Below, piece after piece: positions 42,901 through 50,511 of a stretch of DNA of 64,000 nt (positions are counted from its first letter, which is position 1; each line of letters opens with the position of its first letter). The notes under the pieces were generated by a model. That model searched no databases. It was given only the letters and a program-made list of their open reading frames with translations, and was not told where the DNA came from. The stretch spans positions 164 to 64,163 of the forward strand of contig DUBD01000191.1 of NCBI GenBank assembly GCA_012960515.1, in the 5' to 3' direction. The translations under genes and the position numbers were made by a program. The stretch is from Bacteroidota bacterium. GTDB taxonomy: Bacteria > Bacteroidota > Rhodothermia > Rhodothermales > Rubricoccaceae.

Positions 42901-44284
42901 CGAGACGCTCGTCGTCGAACGCGGCGAGGAGATCGTGGGTGGCCTGCTCGCGCCGGGCGTCGGAGAGGGCCTGTGGATCGCCGGCGAGCACGACGTGGGG
43001 GTCGGTCGCCGAAACCCTCTCATGGACGCCCTCGACGAGGGAGGCAGTCCACCCGGCTACGACGCGGAGTTGGGGCGCGACTCGCCCGTCGGAGGTCGCG
43101 GCGATGAGGTTGAGGGCTTGTCCCGGGGAGGCACCTCGGTGCCGGAGGTACCACGCCGCGAGGAAGTCCGCGATTGATTCCTGGGTCCACCGGAAGGCAT
43201 CGCGCCCGGCGGATCGGAAGAGGCCAGTGTGGCGGACCACGTCGGCCAGCTCGGCCTCTCCAACCGTTAGGGGCTGTCCCGCAGCGTCCCGTTCCAGCCC
43301 CTTTGCCTCGCGGGCAAGGAGCGCGCCCTCGGTGGCGAGACCAGGGGGCGCCAGAACGAGGGTGGCTCGTTCTCCGAAGCGCATGAGGGCCGCCAGGCGG
43401 GCCGCGACGCGGAGCCGGTCCTCGGGATCGAGGCGGCCGAGTTGGCGGGTCTCGCGGCGTTTCGAGTTGTGTTCGTGGCAGAGGAGCCGGGCGCCCTCCT
43501 CGAACAGTCCAGCTCGGGTGCTGGGGAAGCTGCGGTCGCGGGCGTAGAGCTTGAGGAGCCAGAAGAGGGTGAGGGGCTGTGTCGCCCACGGCCCCACGCC
43601 GTGCTCAACCACGGCTGCGAGGAAGTCGCCGGGGTCGACGCCCGCTGTCTCCGCTGCGAGGCGGACGTCAACGCGTCGGAGCGGGGCAAGGTGGAGCGTC
43701 TGAACGTTCTCAGTCCCCCACAGGCTGCGGAACGCTTTCGTGGCCGAGGCGGGCCAATCCCCTCCGCGGCTCGCGATGCGGAGACGGAGGGCTCCGGCTC
43801 GCTGGCGTCGGCGATCCGCGTCAGCGGGGAGGGTCTCCGTGAGGGCCTCGACCAGGAGCGCCGCCGCGTTCTCGACGCGGAGGAGCGCCTCGTCGTAGGC
43901 GTCGACGACGAGCGCGAGCGCCTCTCCCCTCTCTCGCCAAGCCGTGAGGGCCGGTGCGTCCGTGAGCTTCCGGTCGAAGCTCCGCTCGCCGCCGACCGTG
44001 CCGAGGTCGACGTAGGTGGAACCTGGGACGCGAAGGGCGTCGAGCTCAGTCGTCTTGCCTGCGCCGGGCTCCCCGAGAAGGACGAGGCACCGGACTCCCT
44101 CGAGGTCGGCAAGCGTGCGGGCGCTGGCGTTCGCGTAGCGGAAGCCTCGGATGTTTGGCTCGGGGTCCCTGAAGAACCCGTCCGCGTCGACGGAGGCATC
44201 CGTCCCTTCGGGCAACCAGAACCGTGTCCATGGAACGAGAGGCGACCCGTCCCGCGTTGTGAGTAAAGGGGTAGGGTGGCTCAT
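39944..44284 (-). CDS. NACHT/STAND-type NTPase with helical repeats and C-terminal PD-(D/E)xK-like domain
   Basis: LLGEPGAGKTT (Walker A), LVVDAYDE (Walker B), RIASR, long alpha-helical region, C-terminal TDLLV...VVEVKASW...QL..GYL. Confidence 0.8.
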   Translation of the reverse strand: MSHPTPLLTTRDGSPLVPWTRFWLPEGTDASVDADGFFRDPEPNIRGFRYANASARTLADLEGVRCLVLLGEPGAGKTTELDALRVPGSTYVDLGTVGGERSFDRKLTDAPALTAWRERGEALALVVDAYDEALLRVENAAALLVEALTETLPADADRRRQRAGALRLRIASRGGDWPASATKAFRSLWGTENVQTLHLAPLRRVDVRLAAETAGVDPGDFLAAVVEHGVGPWATQPLTLFWLLKLYARDRSFPSTRAGLFEEGARLLCHEHNSKRRETRQLGRLDPEDRLRVAARLAALMRFGERATLVLAPPGLATEGALLAREAKGLERDAAGQPLTVGEAELADVVRHTGLFRSAGRDAFRWTQESIADFLAAWYLRHRGASPGQALNLIAATSDGRVAPQLRVVAGWTASLVEGVHERVSATDPHVVLAGDPQALSDARREQATHDLLAAFDDERLDDFRDGVGPLRGLRHATLRDQLLDWIDAPARSPWARREAVWIAVQSRLHDLAPGLIERALDPSLPLQVRTAMVYGASHLDRPESLSELRTLALDSAESEEAASLRKAARSVLWPRDLSFRDLAASVSLDPRDENDITDDVFFKRALSEGDVTDDQLVDALEWVHEGGGEAAPNLAGPVVLAAATRLDVPALAGRLALLLVDLALRDVRLGRYLDDADLRRALSEAADRAPFLGLLLRATRKETDRSAAALVQVRFAPFRSADVPWVIERLARAEADGDDATADACQSLLNHLSTPGDVETRETVQAAIEAAEETSERVAYVVRWNYRAWDLGDPEVQRIREQWLRPKREGPDPPDPPIQDQIQAALTEHGKDVATAWRHVCYLLTLDPKNGKMRFRNGDWAHDITALGAWDTLDEPLRARLTRLAEAYLGAVRPGEGDWTAYEKPQTFTYRVVDGVKAFWLLADRDPDALDRLSTFAWSAWAPALLLSPRGGSGNALGRSRDLLRRAYDADPDRVVADFARALQIGRCSSTLLGAMEGLQDPRLSDTLADAVRGGLLSDAALAEAADHLAESGHPDVLDWMAERARTDSPDDAIPWAIRLVRLQPARAWTEIGARFGQDDAFARTLLTRIASRWGGRGAPAETPVSALVALERRLHSLFPPEDDPPVPKGVYSPSPEDDIRSLRHSFSSQLVSQATPESLAAIESLRDVLGAETTDFQVGAAQRLRRERSHRPVEPDDLLALLLDTRARLSRSARDLYEIVVESLGDFEEWLHAEEAPRVEDLWNRVTRREALRMAEALARTDSKAAARLPDDVAVFRSSRRANPTLTAPKDERALSDLALRFLRERLGPHGVLVAQEAQVKRGHATDLLVSHAMPDGQTATVVVEVKASWNRHLYDALADQLAQGYLNGVTRQHGVYLVGWFGSAGWFDPGTGDLHPKARTARRGGIERLRAALAAKAASASEPHRHVTSVVVDASLPSPRASA

Positions 44285-45975
44285 GGAGCGGGGTCCACTG
44301 TCCCATCCGGGTCGATGATGTGGACGTGGGGGGACTCGGCGAAGAGGATCCGCTCACCGGCGACGCGGGCAGCGACATGGCCCATCTCGAAGAAGTCGGG
44401 GGCTGGCTGACTGGGACGGCGGGTGTGGCGGTGGAGGATGCGCGGGGCATCAATGGGGATGCGAAGCGTGCGAGAGTGCCCCTCGACGTGCTCCACGACG
44501 ACGCGGCCAAACTGGACCACCGAGATGAGATGCCACTCGCCGAACGTGAGACCTGAGAGGTACGCGAAAGGGAAACCGTCTGGGTCTGCTCGCTGGAAGG
44601 CCTGGGCGCTGGGGTACGACGTCCGCATCTCGACGGCACCCTCGGTAGAGCCCTCGGCAAGCTGGTCGATCACCCCGATGATCTGTGCCTGGGCGAGCAC
44701 TTCCTTGAGGGACGCCTGAAGCTGGTCCTCGACTCGGTGGGCCTGAGCGATGCTCCAGAGGCCATCGAGGAGGGCTTCGATGGCGGGGAGGTGCTCGGGG
44801 TCTAGGTCCTGGATGGTCCCATGAACGGGCCCGCTGGACATCCGCCCCCCTCGGTCCGTGTGGACCTGGATCTCGATGGGAGCGTCGGCCTGCTGGGCGG
44901 CGACGGCGGTGCCGACGAACGAGACCATCTCGTGGAGGCCGCGGAGCGGGACGCGCTCGTCGGCGCCAGGCGGCTCGAACGAGACATCGAAGCGCTGGTC
45001 TTCGGCGCGGAACGTGACCGAGACGTGCCGGCCACGAAGGCGGACGCGGAGCGGGACGCGTCCCCCCTCCCCCTCCGGGTCATCCGGGACGTGCACCGAG
45101 GCGGAGGGCGAGACGAAGAGCTCGGCGCGAGCGGAGGCCTCGCGGGCGAGCGACGGGACGGAGAGGACGACGTCGGCGGCGTCGGCCGCGGTGGGGGGCG
45201 GCCCGACGAGGGTCCCGCCCTGGATGGAGAGGAGCGGGGTCTCGTCCCGGAGCCCGAACCGCTGGCGGAAGATGTCGGCGTGGGCGAACGGGACCTCGGT
45301 GCGAAGGCCGACCTCGAGCTCGGCTACTTGGACGACGGGGTGGACCCCTGGGGGCGGCGTGAGCGTGGCGACGCCGTGGCCGTCCTCGAAGCCGGCCGTC
45401 CGGACGACGGTCCGCTTCCAGGTGGCGTAGTCACCGGGGACCGCCTCGACCTCGGCGTCGAGGGCGGCGAGGAGGCCGCGGCCCGAAAGCGGCTCGACGA
45501 GGCGACCGCGGAGGTAGGCGAGGGAGCGGTTGACCTTGTGGAGGGCAGTGACGCCGGCGACCTCGCTCTGGCGCTGCTGTTCGAGGACGCCCCGGATCTC
45601 GTCCTCGCCAACGTGGACGAGGTAGACAGCCTGGGGGTGGTCCTGGCCGTTCATCTCCAGGACGAGGAAAAACGCGGGATCAGGGGTCTCGGCGAGGCGG
45701 AGCCAGGTGGTGAGGGCGACCTTCGAGACTCGGCCGGTGGGCTTGTCGGTGGCTTTGACCTGGATCCGGGCGCGGAGCGGGAACGCGTCGCGGTGGCCGA
45801 GGGTGGGCTCGCCGTCGCCGGCGGCATCGGGAGGCGACTCGAGGAGGCCGTCCCATCCGGCGCGGTCGTCGAGCGAGCCGTTGAGGACGTAGCCCACGCT
45901 GTGGACCCACGAGGCGAGGACGCTCTCGCCGAGCTTACCGAGGGACTCGCGGGACCGGTAGACCTTGGAGGGCAT
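44281..45975 (-). CDS. DUF4365-like (REase-fold) N-terminal domain protein
   Basis: LGKLGE...DDRAGWDGLLE...RIQVKAT signature; ATGA overlap with the NACHT gene. Confidence 0.6.
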   Translation of the reverse strand: MPSKVYRSRESLGKLGESVLASWVHSVGYVLNGSLDDRAGWDGLLESPPDAAGDGEPTLGHRDAFPLRARIQVKATDKPTGRVSKVALTTWLRLAETPDPAFFLVLEMNGQDHPQAVYLVHVGEDEIRGVLEQQRQSEVAGVTALHKVNRSLAYLRGRLVEPLSGRGLLAALDAEVEAVPGDYATWKRTVVRTAGFEDGHGVATLTPPPGVHPVVQVAELEVGLRTEVPFAHADIFRQRFGLRDETPLLSIQGGTLVGPPPTAADAADVVLSVPSLAREASARAELFVSPSASVHVPDDPEGEGGRVPLRVRLRGRHVSVTFRAEDQRFDVSFEPPGADERVPLRGLHEMVSFVGTAVAAQQADAPIEIQVHTDRGGRMSSGPVHGTIQDLDPEHLPAIEALLDGLWSIAQAHRVEDQLQASLKEVLAQAQIIGVIDQLAEGSTEGAVEMRTSYPSAQAFQRADPDGFPFAYLSGLTFGEWHLISVVQFGRVVVEHVEGHSRTLRIPIDAPRILHRHTRRPSQPAPDFFEMGHVAARVAGERILFAESPHVHIIDPDGTVDPAP

Positions 45976-46153
45976 GGGACGGATGGGGCGGCCCCTCCCC
46001 TGGCCGACCGGCGCCAGTGAGGCGCTCAGCGACCTTCTCCTGCGTCGCGACTGCCGGACGGGGCCCGCGCCGGATTCAGGCTCGGCGCGCAACAGGGCGT
46101 GCGCTAGGTGCTTCTGGCGGGGCGTGTACAGGCGGGGAGGCTCCGGGCGGGTG

Positions 46154-46522
46154 TCAGGAGGCCACGTACTCGCGGATGTAGGCTTCGAGGACGGAGGTCA
46201 TCGTGACGCCGTCGGTGGCGGCGCGGACCTTGAACTGGCGGTGGAGGTCGGCGGGCAGGAGGAGGTTGATGCGGGAGCGGGGCACATCGTCTTCCGATGA
46301 AGCGATCTTCATTTCTTCCTTTGCCGCTTTCCGTTTCCGCGGGGTGGCCTCCCCCCTCCCCTGCCGCGTGGGCCTTTGCGCCTCTGGCGTGGGCTCGGGG
46401 TCATCGGCGACCTGCCCGAGCAAGTCGTCGAGGTCGCCGACATAGGAGGCGGGCTTCTTGGTGACGCCGCCGAGGGGGTTGCTCGCGCGTCCCTTCGGGG
46501 TCGCTTTTGGGGTCTTGGCCAT
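46154..46522 (-). CDS. ParG/CopG-like ribbon-helix-helix partition protein
   Basis: Disordered N-terminus; C-terminal RINLLLPADLHRQFKVRAATDGVTMTSVL; follows parA. Confidence 0.8.
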   Translation of the reverse strand: MAKTPKATPKGRASNPLGGVTKKPASYVGDLDDLLGQVADDPEPTPEAQRPTRQGRGEATPRKRKAAKEEMKIASSEDDVPRSRINLLLPADLHRQFKVRAATDGVTMTSVLEAYIREYVAS

Positions 46523-46534
46523 GCGTGGGGGTGG

Positions 46535-47182
46535 CTAGGCGGTGAGGAGCGGTTCGATCTCGGCGAGGACGGCCCGGATCTCGTCCGCAGCCTTTCCGTC
46601 GGGCTCGTGGTCGATGACGGAGAGTCCCGCGGCGAGGGCCTCGGCGTAGGCGACTCGCTGGGAGGTCCGGGCCTCCAGGACGGGGAGCCCGTAGCCGTCC
46701 AGAACCTCCTGGATGCCCGCAGCGAGGCGAGTCCCGGGGATCTGGCGAGACACGACGAACGCGGCGCGGGGCGACCCCTCGGTAACGGACCGTCTGGCCG
46801 TCACGATGTCGACGAGGTCCGAGGCGGCCCAGAGGTCGGCGGCCGAGGGCTGGACGGGGATCAGGACGACGTCGGCGGCCTTGACCGCCGACACGGACAT
46901 CGGAGCGGCTTTTGCGGCGCCGTCGATGACGACGACGTCGAACGCGGACGCGACCTTGGGGATGTCCTTCTCGAGCGTCGGGCGGTCGACGCCGAAGACA
47001 GGGGGGAGGTCGACGTCGTCCCCGGCCGTCTGGCGCCAGTCGCGCGCGGTGCCTTGGGGGTCGGCGTCGACCACGAGGACGTTCCGGCCCGTAAGCTGGA
47101 GAGCCCGGGCGAGGTTCGTGGCGAGGGTGGACTTGCCGGAGCCGCCCTTCGGGTTGAGGACGGCGAGGACAGTGGCAGGCAT
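46535..47182 (-). CDS. parA: ParA/ParF partition ATPase (short, type Ib)
   Basis: NPKGGSGKST, VDADPQG, VIDG, LIPVQPS, QRVAYAEA. Confidence 0.95.
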   Translation of the reverse strand: MPATVLAVLNPKGGSGKSTLATNLARALQLTGRNVLVVDADPQGTARDWRQTAGDDVDLPPVFGVDRPTLEKDIPKVASAFDVVVIDGAAKAAPMSVSAVKAADVVLIPVQPSAADLWAASDLVDIVTARRSVTEGSPRAAFVVSRQIPGTRLAAGIQEVLDGYGLPVLEARTSQRVAYAEALAAGLSVIDHEPDGKAADEIRAVLAEIEPLLTA

Positions 47183-47213
47183 GGGCGGGTCCAGGCGCGG
47201 GGGCGAGCAAGAA

Positions 47214-47334
47214 TTGAAGGGATGAAGATATGCACAGAGCGTCACGTCTTCATCGACTTCGAGCTACGAATGAAGCCATGCTCACATGAAGCGATGAAGA
47301 TTTAAGAGGCCTACTCAAATGAGCGCCTCTTCAT
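47214..47334. repeat. ATGAAG direct/inverted repeat cluster (candidate centromere/operator)
   Basis: ATGAAG at 47222, 47270, 47286 and 47294; CTTCAT at 47248 and 47329; TTGAAG at 47214. All lie upstream of parA. Confidence 0.55.
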
Positions 47335-47390
47335 CTGGTATGCGGTCCGTGCCCGCCGTCGACGCGGGCAAGGGTGGTCCGCCGCTGCGG

Positions 47391-48797
47391 CTACCCGTCG
47401 AGGAGCTCCGCCATCCGCGCCTCGACGATCGGACGGAGTCCCTTGGCGTCGAGGCCCTTGTCGCGGTAGCGCGCGCGATTGACGCTGTCGAGGTCGGCGA
47501 CGGCGCGCGTTTCGAGCTCAGCGCGCTCCGTGTCCGAGAGCCCCGCGAGGCGTTCGCGGACGGCGTCTCGGGCCTGCCTGGCCCGGGCCTGCTCGGCCTC
47601 ACGCGCGCTGTCAGCCTTCCGCTGCCGTGCCGACTGCGCCGCGGCGGATCCCGCGCGGGCGGCGGCCGACTTGTCCTCGGCGAGGAGGGCAGGGGGGAGG
47701 CCAAAGTCCTTCTCGATGGCAGCGACGAACCAACCGGCCGACTTGGGCGGCTCGCCCGAGGCGAGGAGCCAATCGAAGTGCCGGACCTGGCGACGCACGG
47801 CGTCGGGCTCGTGGTCGGTGACGAGCGTTCGGGCTGCGGAGACGGAGAGGCCGCGGCCGGCGAGCGCTTCGAGGAGGTCGCGCTGGGTGGGAGAGAGGGC
47901 CGAGAGGCCGTCGTGTTCGGTGGTAAGCGCAGGGGCCGCCCGCCGGATGCGATCGAAGACGAGCTTCTTGCCCGAGTCGGTCTGGGAGTCGGCGATCGCC
48001 CAGGAGCAGTAGCCCCGCTCGGTGAGCTCGTCGAGGGCTGGCTCGAGGACCTGCATGACCTGCGAGATGTACTTTTTCGAGTGCGAGATCTCCAGCTTCA
48101 CGTGCGCGAGATGCAGCACGTCGATCTCGGCGTGGCCCGTCTGGCGAAGGTGCTTGTCGAGCCAGCGGTAGAGGCGCTTGGCGACGGGGGAGGGGAGGTC
48201 GTAGAAGAACGAGGTGTCGAGCCGTTTAAAGCGCGACTGCTGGAAGATGGTGAAGAGCCGCTCGTTCCAAGCGACGGTGAGCCGCGTGCGCCCCGAGTCC
48301 GCGTCCTCGACGAACTCGTAGTTGTCGAGGATGTGGAAGCCGGCCTTCGAGAACGTGCCCGACTCGGGGTTCCAGAGGGCGTTCGTGGTGATGTAGACGC
48401 CCGCGAGTTGGTCGAGGGCACGCTTGAGGCGTTCGTAGGCGCGGCCGTCGGTCCCCCAGCCCATGAGCTGGAGGAGCTCGTAGGGGACGGCCGTGACCGA
48501 CCGGGCCTCGAAGTCGTCGCGCGAGGCCTTGTGGAAGAGAGCGATGAGGAGCTCCTCGGAGGCGTACTCGGGGAGGCCGAACTCGTCGGAGCCGGTGACC
48601 GTCTTGTAGAACTTCCGAGTGCGGCCCTTGTGGTCCTTCCCCTTCCACTCGGTCTTGAGCGTCTTGCGCGAGCGGGCCCGGCCGAGCGTCGTGAACGCAA
48701 GCTCGATGAGGTTGAGCTCGTCGCGGCCGTAGGGGTCGGGACGCCGGGCGTCGTCGCCAGCGGATGGGGGGAAGAGGGTGGCTTGCTCCTGGGCCAT
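47391..48797 (-). CDS. Plasmid replication initiator protein
   Basis: GRDELNLIE, YERLKRALDQL, FHILDNY, AKRLYRWLDKH resemble RepA-type initiators; flanked by par genes and iterons. Start may be 48869. Confidence 0.8.
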   Translation of the reverse strand: MAQEQATLFPPSAGDDARRPDPYGRDELNLIELAFTTLGRARSRKTLKTEWKGKDHKGRTRKFYKTVTGSDEFGLPEYASEELLIALFHKASRDDFEARSVTAVPYELLQLMGWGTDGRAYERLKRALDQLAGVYITTNALWNPESGTFSKAGFHILDNYEFVEDADSGRTRLTVAWNERLFTIFQQSRFKRLDTSFFYDLPSPVAKRLYRWLDKHLRQTGHAEIDVLHLAHVKLEISHSKKYISQVMQVLEPALDELTERGYCSWAIADSQTDSGKKLVFDRIRRAAPALTTEHDGLSALSPTQRDLLEALAGRGLSVSAARTLVTDHEPDAVRRQVRHFDWLLASGEPPKSAGWFVAAIEKDFGLPPALLAEDKSAAARAGSAAAQSARQRKADSAREAEQARARQARDAVRERLAGLSDTERAELETRAVADLDSVNRARYRDKGLDAKGLRPIVEARMAELLDG

Positions 48798-48990
48798 CGT
48801 CGGGGGGAATGCAGAAGAGTACGGCCGACCGTCCTCCGGAGTCCAGAACACAAACGGACCCGCCCCCAACCACAGGAGGGTAGTAGAGTTAAAAGAGTTA
48901 AAAGAGTCTACGGGTGTTTATGGCGCCCTTGGAGGTAGCCGGAAGCGGTTGCGCCGCAACGCGATAGGGGATCCAGGAAAATCGGGTCGC

Positions 48991-49327
48991 TTACTTTAAA
49001 CCACGAGGATCCTTACTCCAAGCCACGTGTGCGCTTACTCCAGAACACGAGGATCCTTACTCCAAGCCACGTGCCCGCCTTACTTCAGACCACGTGCCTC
49101 TTACTACAGACCACGTGGGTCGACGGGTCAGGTATCGTGGTCTATGGTAAAACCGCCCCAGGCGCGTCAGGCAGCGGGGTCTTACTCCAAACCACGTGCC
49201 TTGAGCCCTGCGAGGTGTGGATAATTCGGCCCCGACTTACTACAGACCACGATAGGTGGGGCGGCTGTGCCGCCGATATGTTGTGCGTCTGCCCCTGACG
49301 CAGGGTGGGGTCGTGTTTTATGGTAAG
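48991..49327. repeat. Iteron array (17-bp consensus TTACTnCAnACCACGTG), putative oriV
   Basis: Direct copies at 48991, 49013, 49035, 49057, 49080, 49101, 49182 and 49237; inverted copies at about 49134-49150 and 49310-49327. The first six are spaced 21-23 bp apart. Confidence 0.88.
49216..49224 (-). promoter_or_regulatory. DnaA box
   Basis: TGTGGATAA, the reverse complement of consensus TTATCCACA, inside the iteron array. Confidence 0.75.
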
Positions 49328-49539
49328 GGGGGACCGCGAGCAAGCCGGTCCGTGAGCCTGCGGATCGCCCGGTGGACCACGCTCGGTCCGGGGAGACCCA
49401 TGTGGGGGGGCGCTGCCCTGGGCACGGGGCCTCGCTCAAAGGTGCACGCGGGTAGGGCTGCGCTCGCTGTCAACGGCGCATGCGGGCCCGTAGAGGCGGC
49501 CAGTTCACAAGACCGTGCACCTTTGCCCAGTGGAACCGT

Positions 49540-50511
49540 TCACGGAGCGCCGAGAGAATGACCGACATGCGTCCGGGCCCAGCGGATAGCTGTCTGGGCG
49601 AGGGTCTCACGCCGTTCCAGGACGGCGACCTCGACCGAGAACCCGGCGCGCAGTTCGATCGGTGTCTCGGCCTCCCCGACGATTACCGCGATCTCGTCGG
49701 GGTCGATGCTCAGCTCGACACGCCAACGTGCGGCGTGAGGCTCACCAGCGACTCCCTGTTGGCCGTCGACCTCTGGCGCCAGCGCCACCCGTCGGACGAC
49801 GCCAGAGGCCTGCCGGGGGCGCTCCTGGGGAATGGCCGGGAACGTGAGTCGGGCCGTCATCCCCGGACGAGCGCGCAGCGCCTCGCGCTCGGGAGCCCAG
49901 GCGCGGACGATGTGGGGGACTCGGCCGTCGGCATCCAGCGCCGCGAGATCAAGCACGGTGTCTCCCGCGTCGAGGCGGGCACCGCGACGCTGGGGGAGAT
50001 CCTCAGTAAGCACGACGCCGCCACGCCAGAAGGTCGCCGGGTCGGCGGCACCGTCAGACTGGCGCTCGGTCCACGGGGGCGCGACCACGTCGAGTCGAGC
50101 GCGCCGAGCGAGAAGGCCTGGGTCGTGGCCAATGGAGGTGCGAACTGCCTCGTCCAGGTCGGGCGAGCGGAGCCGAGCGACGAGTTGGCCGGGGCGTACG
50201 GTGTCGCCCGCGGCGACGAGGATGTCGGTGAGCAACCCCGGCTCGGCAGCACGAATCGGGAGTACGCGCTCGGGCACGAGACGACCGTCGAGGTCGACGG
50301 TGCGCGTGATCGGAACGGTGAGGGCGGCTACGCACGCGAGAACGCCCGCCAGCCCGACGGCGCGGAGGATGCGACGCCCGGCTCTCTCGGCTCCCTGAGA
50401 GGGCGGCGGTGGACCGTCGCTGGCAGGCGGGCCTCCGAGTGCCCGACGGGCGTCGGGGACCGTGAGCGTCCACCCTGGCGACTCTTCGGCTACGCTGCCA
50501 TCTCCGTGCAT
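49540..50511 (-). CDS. HlyD-like membrane fusion protein (short)
   Basis: TM anchor, LDGRLVP..., VAAGDTVRPGQLVARL lipoyl-like motif, LRAGFSVEVAV. Confidence 0.7.
   Translation of the reverse strand: MHGDGSVAEESPGWTLTVPDARRALGGPPASDGPPPPSQGAERAGRRILRAVGLAGVLACVAALTVPITRTVDLDGRLVPERVLPIRAAEPGLLTDILVAAGDTVRPGQLVARLRSPDLDEAVRTSIGHDPGLLARRARLDVVAPPWTERQSDGAADPATFWRGGVVLTEDLPQRRGARLDAGDTVLDLAALDADGRVPHIVRAWAPEREALRARPGMTARLTFPAIPQERPRQASGVVRRVALAPEVDGQQGVAGEPHAARWRVELSIDPDEIAVIVGEAETPIELRAGFSVEVAVLERRETLAQTAIRWARTHVGHSLGAP

Noticed and set aside
48991-49327. Regular repeats that could be a CRISPR array
   Set aside because: Period 21-23 bp with only 4-6 nt between copies, inverted copies, a DnaA box, an adjacent rep gene and no cas genes; these are iterons.
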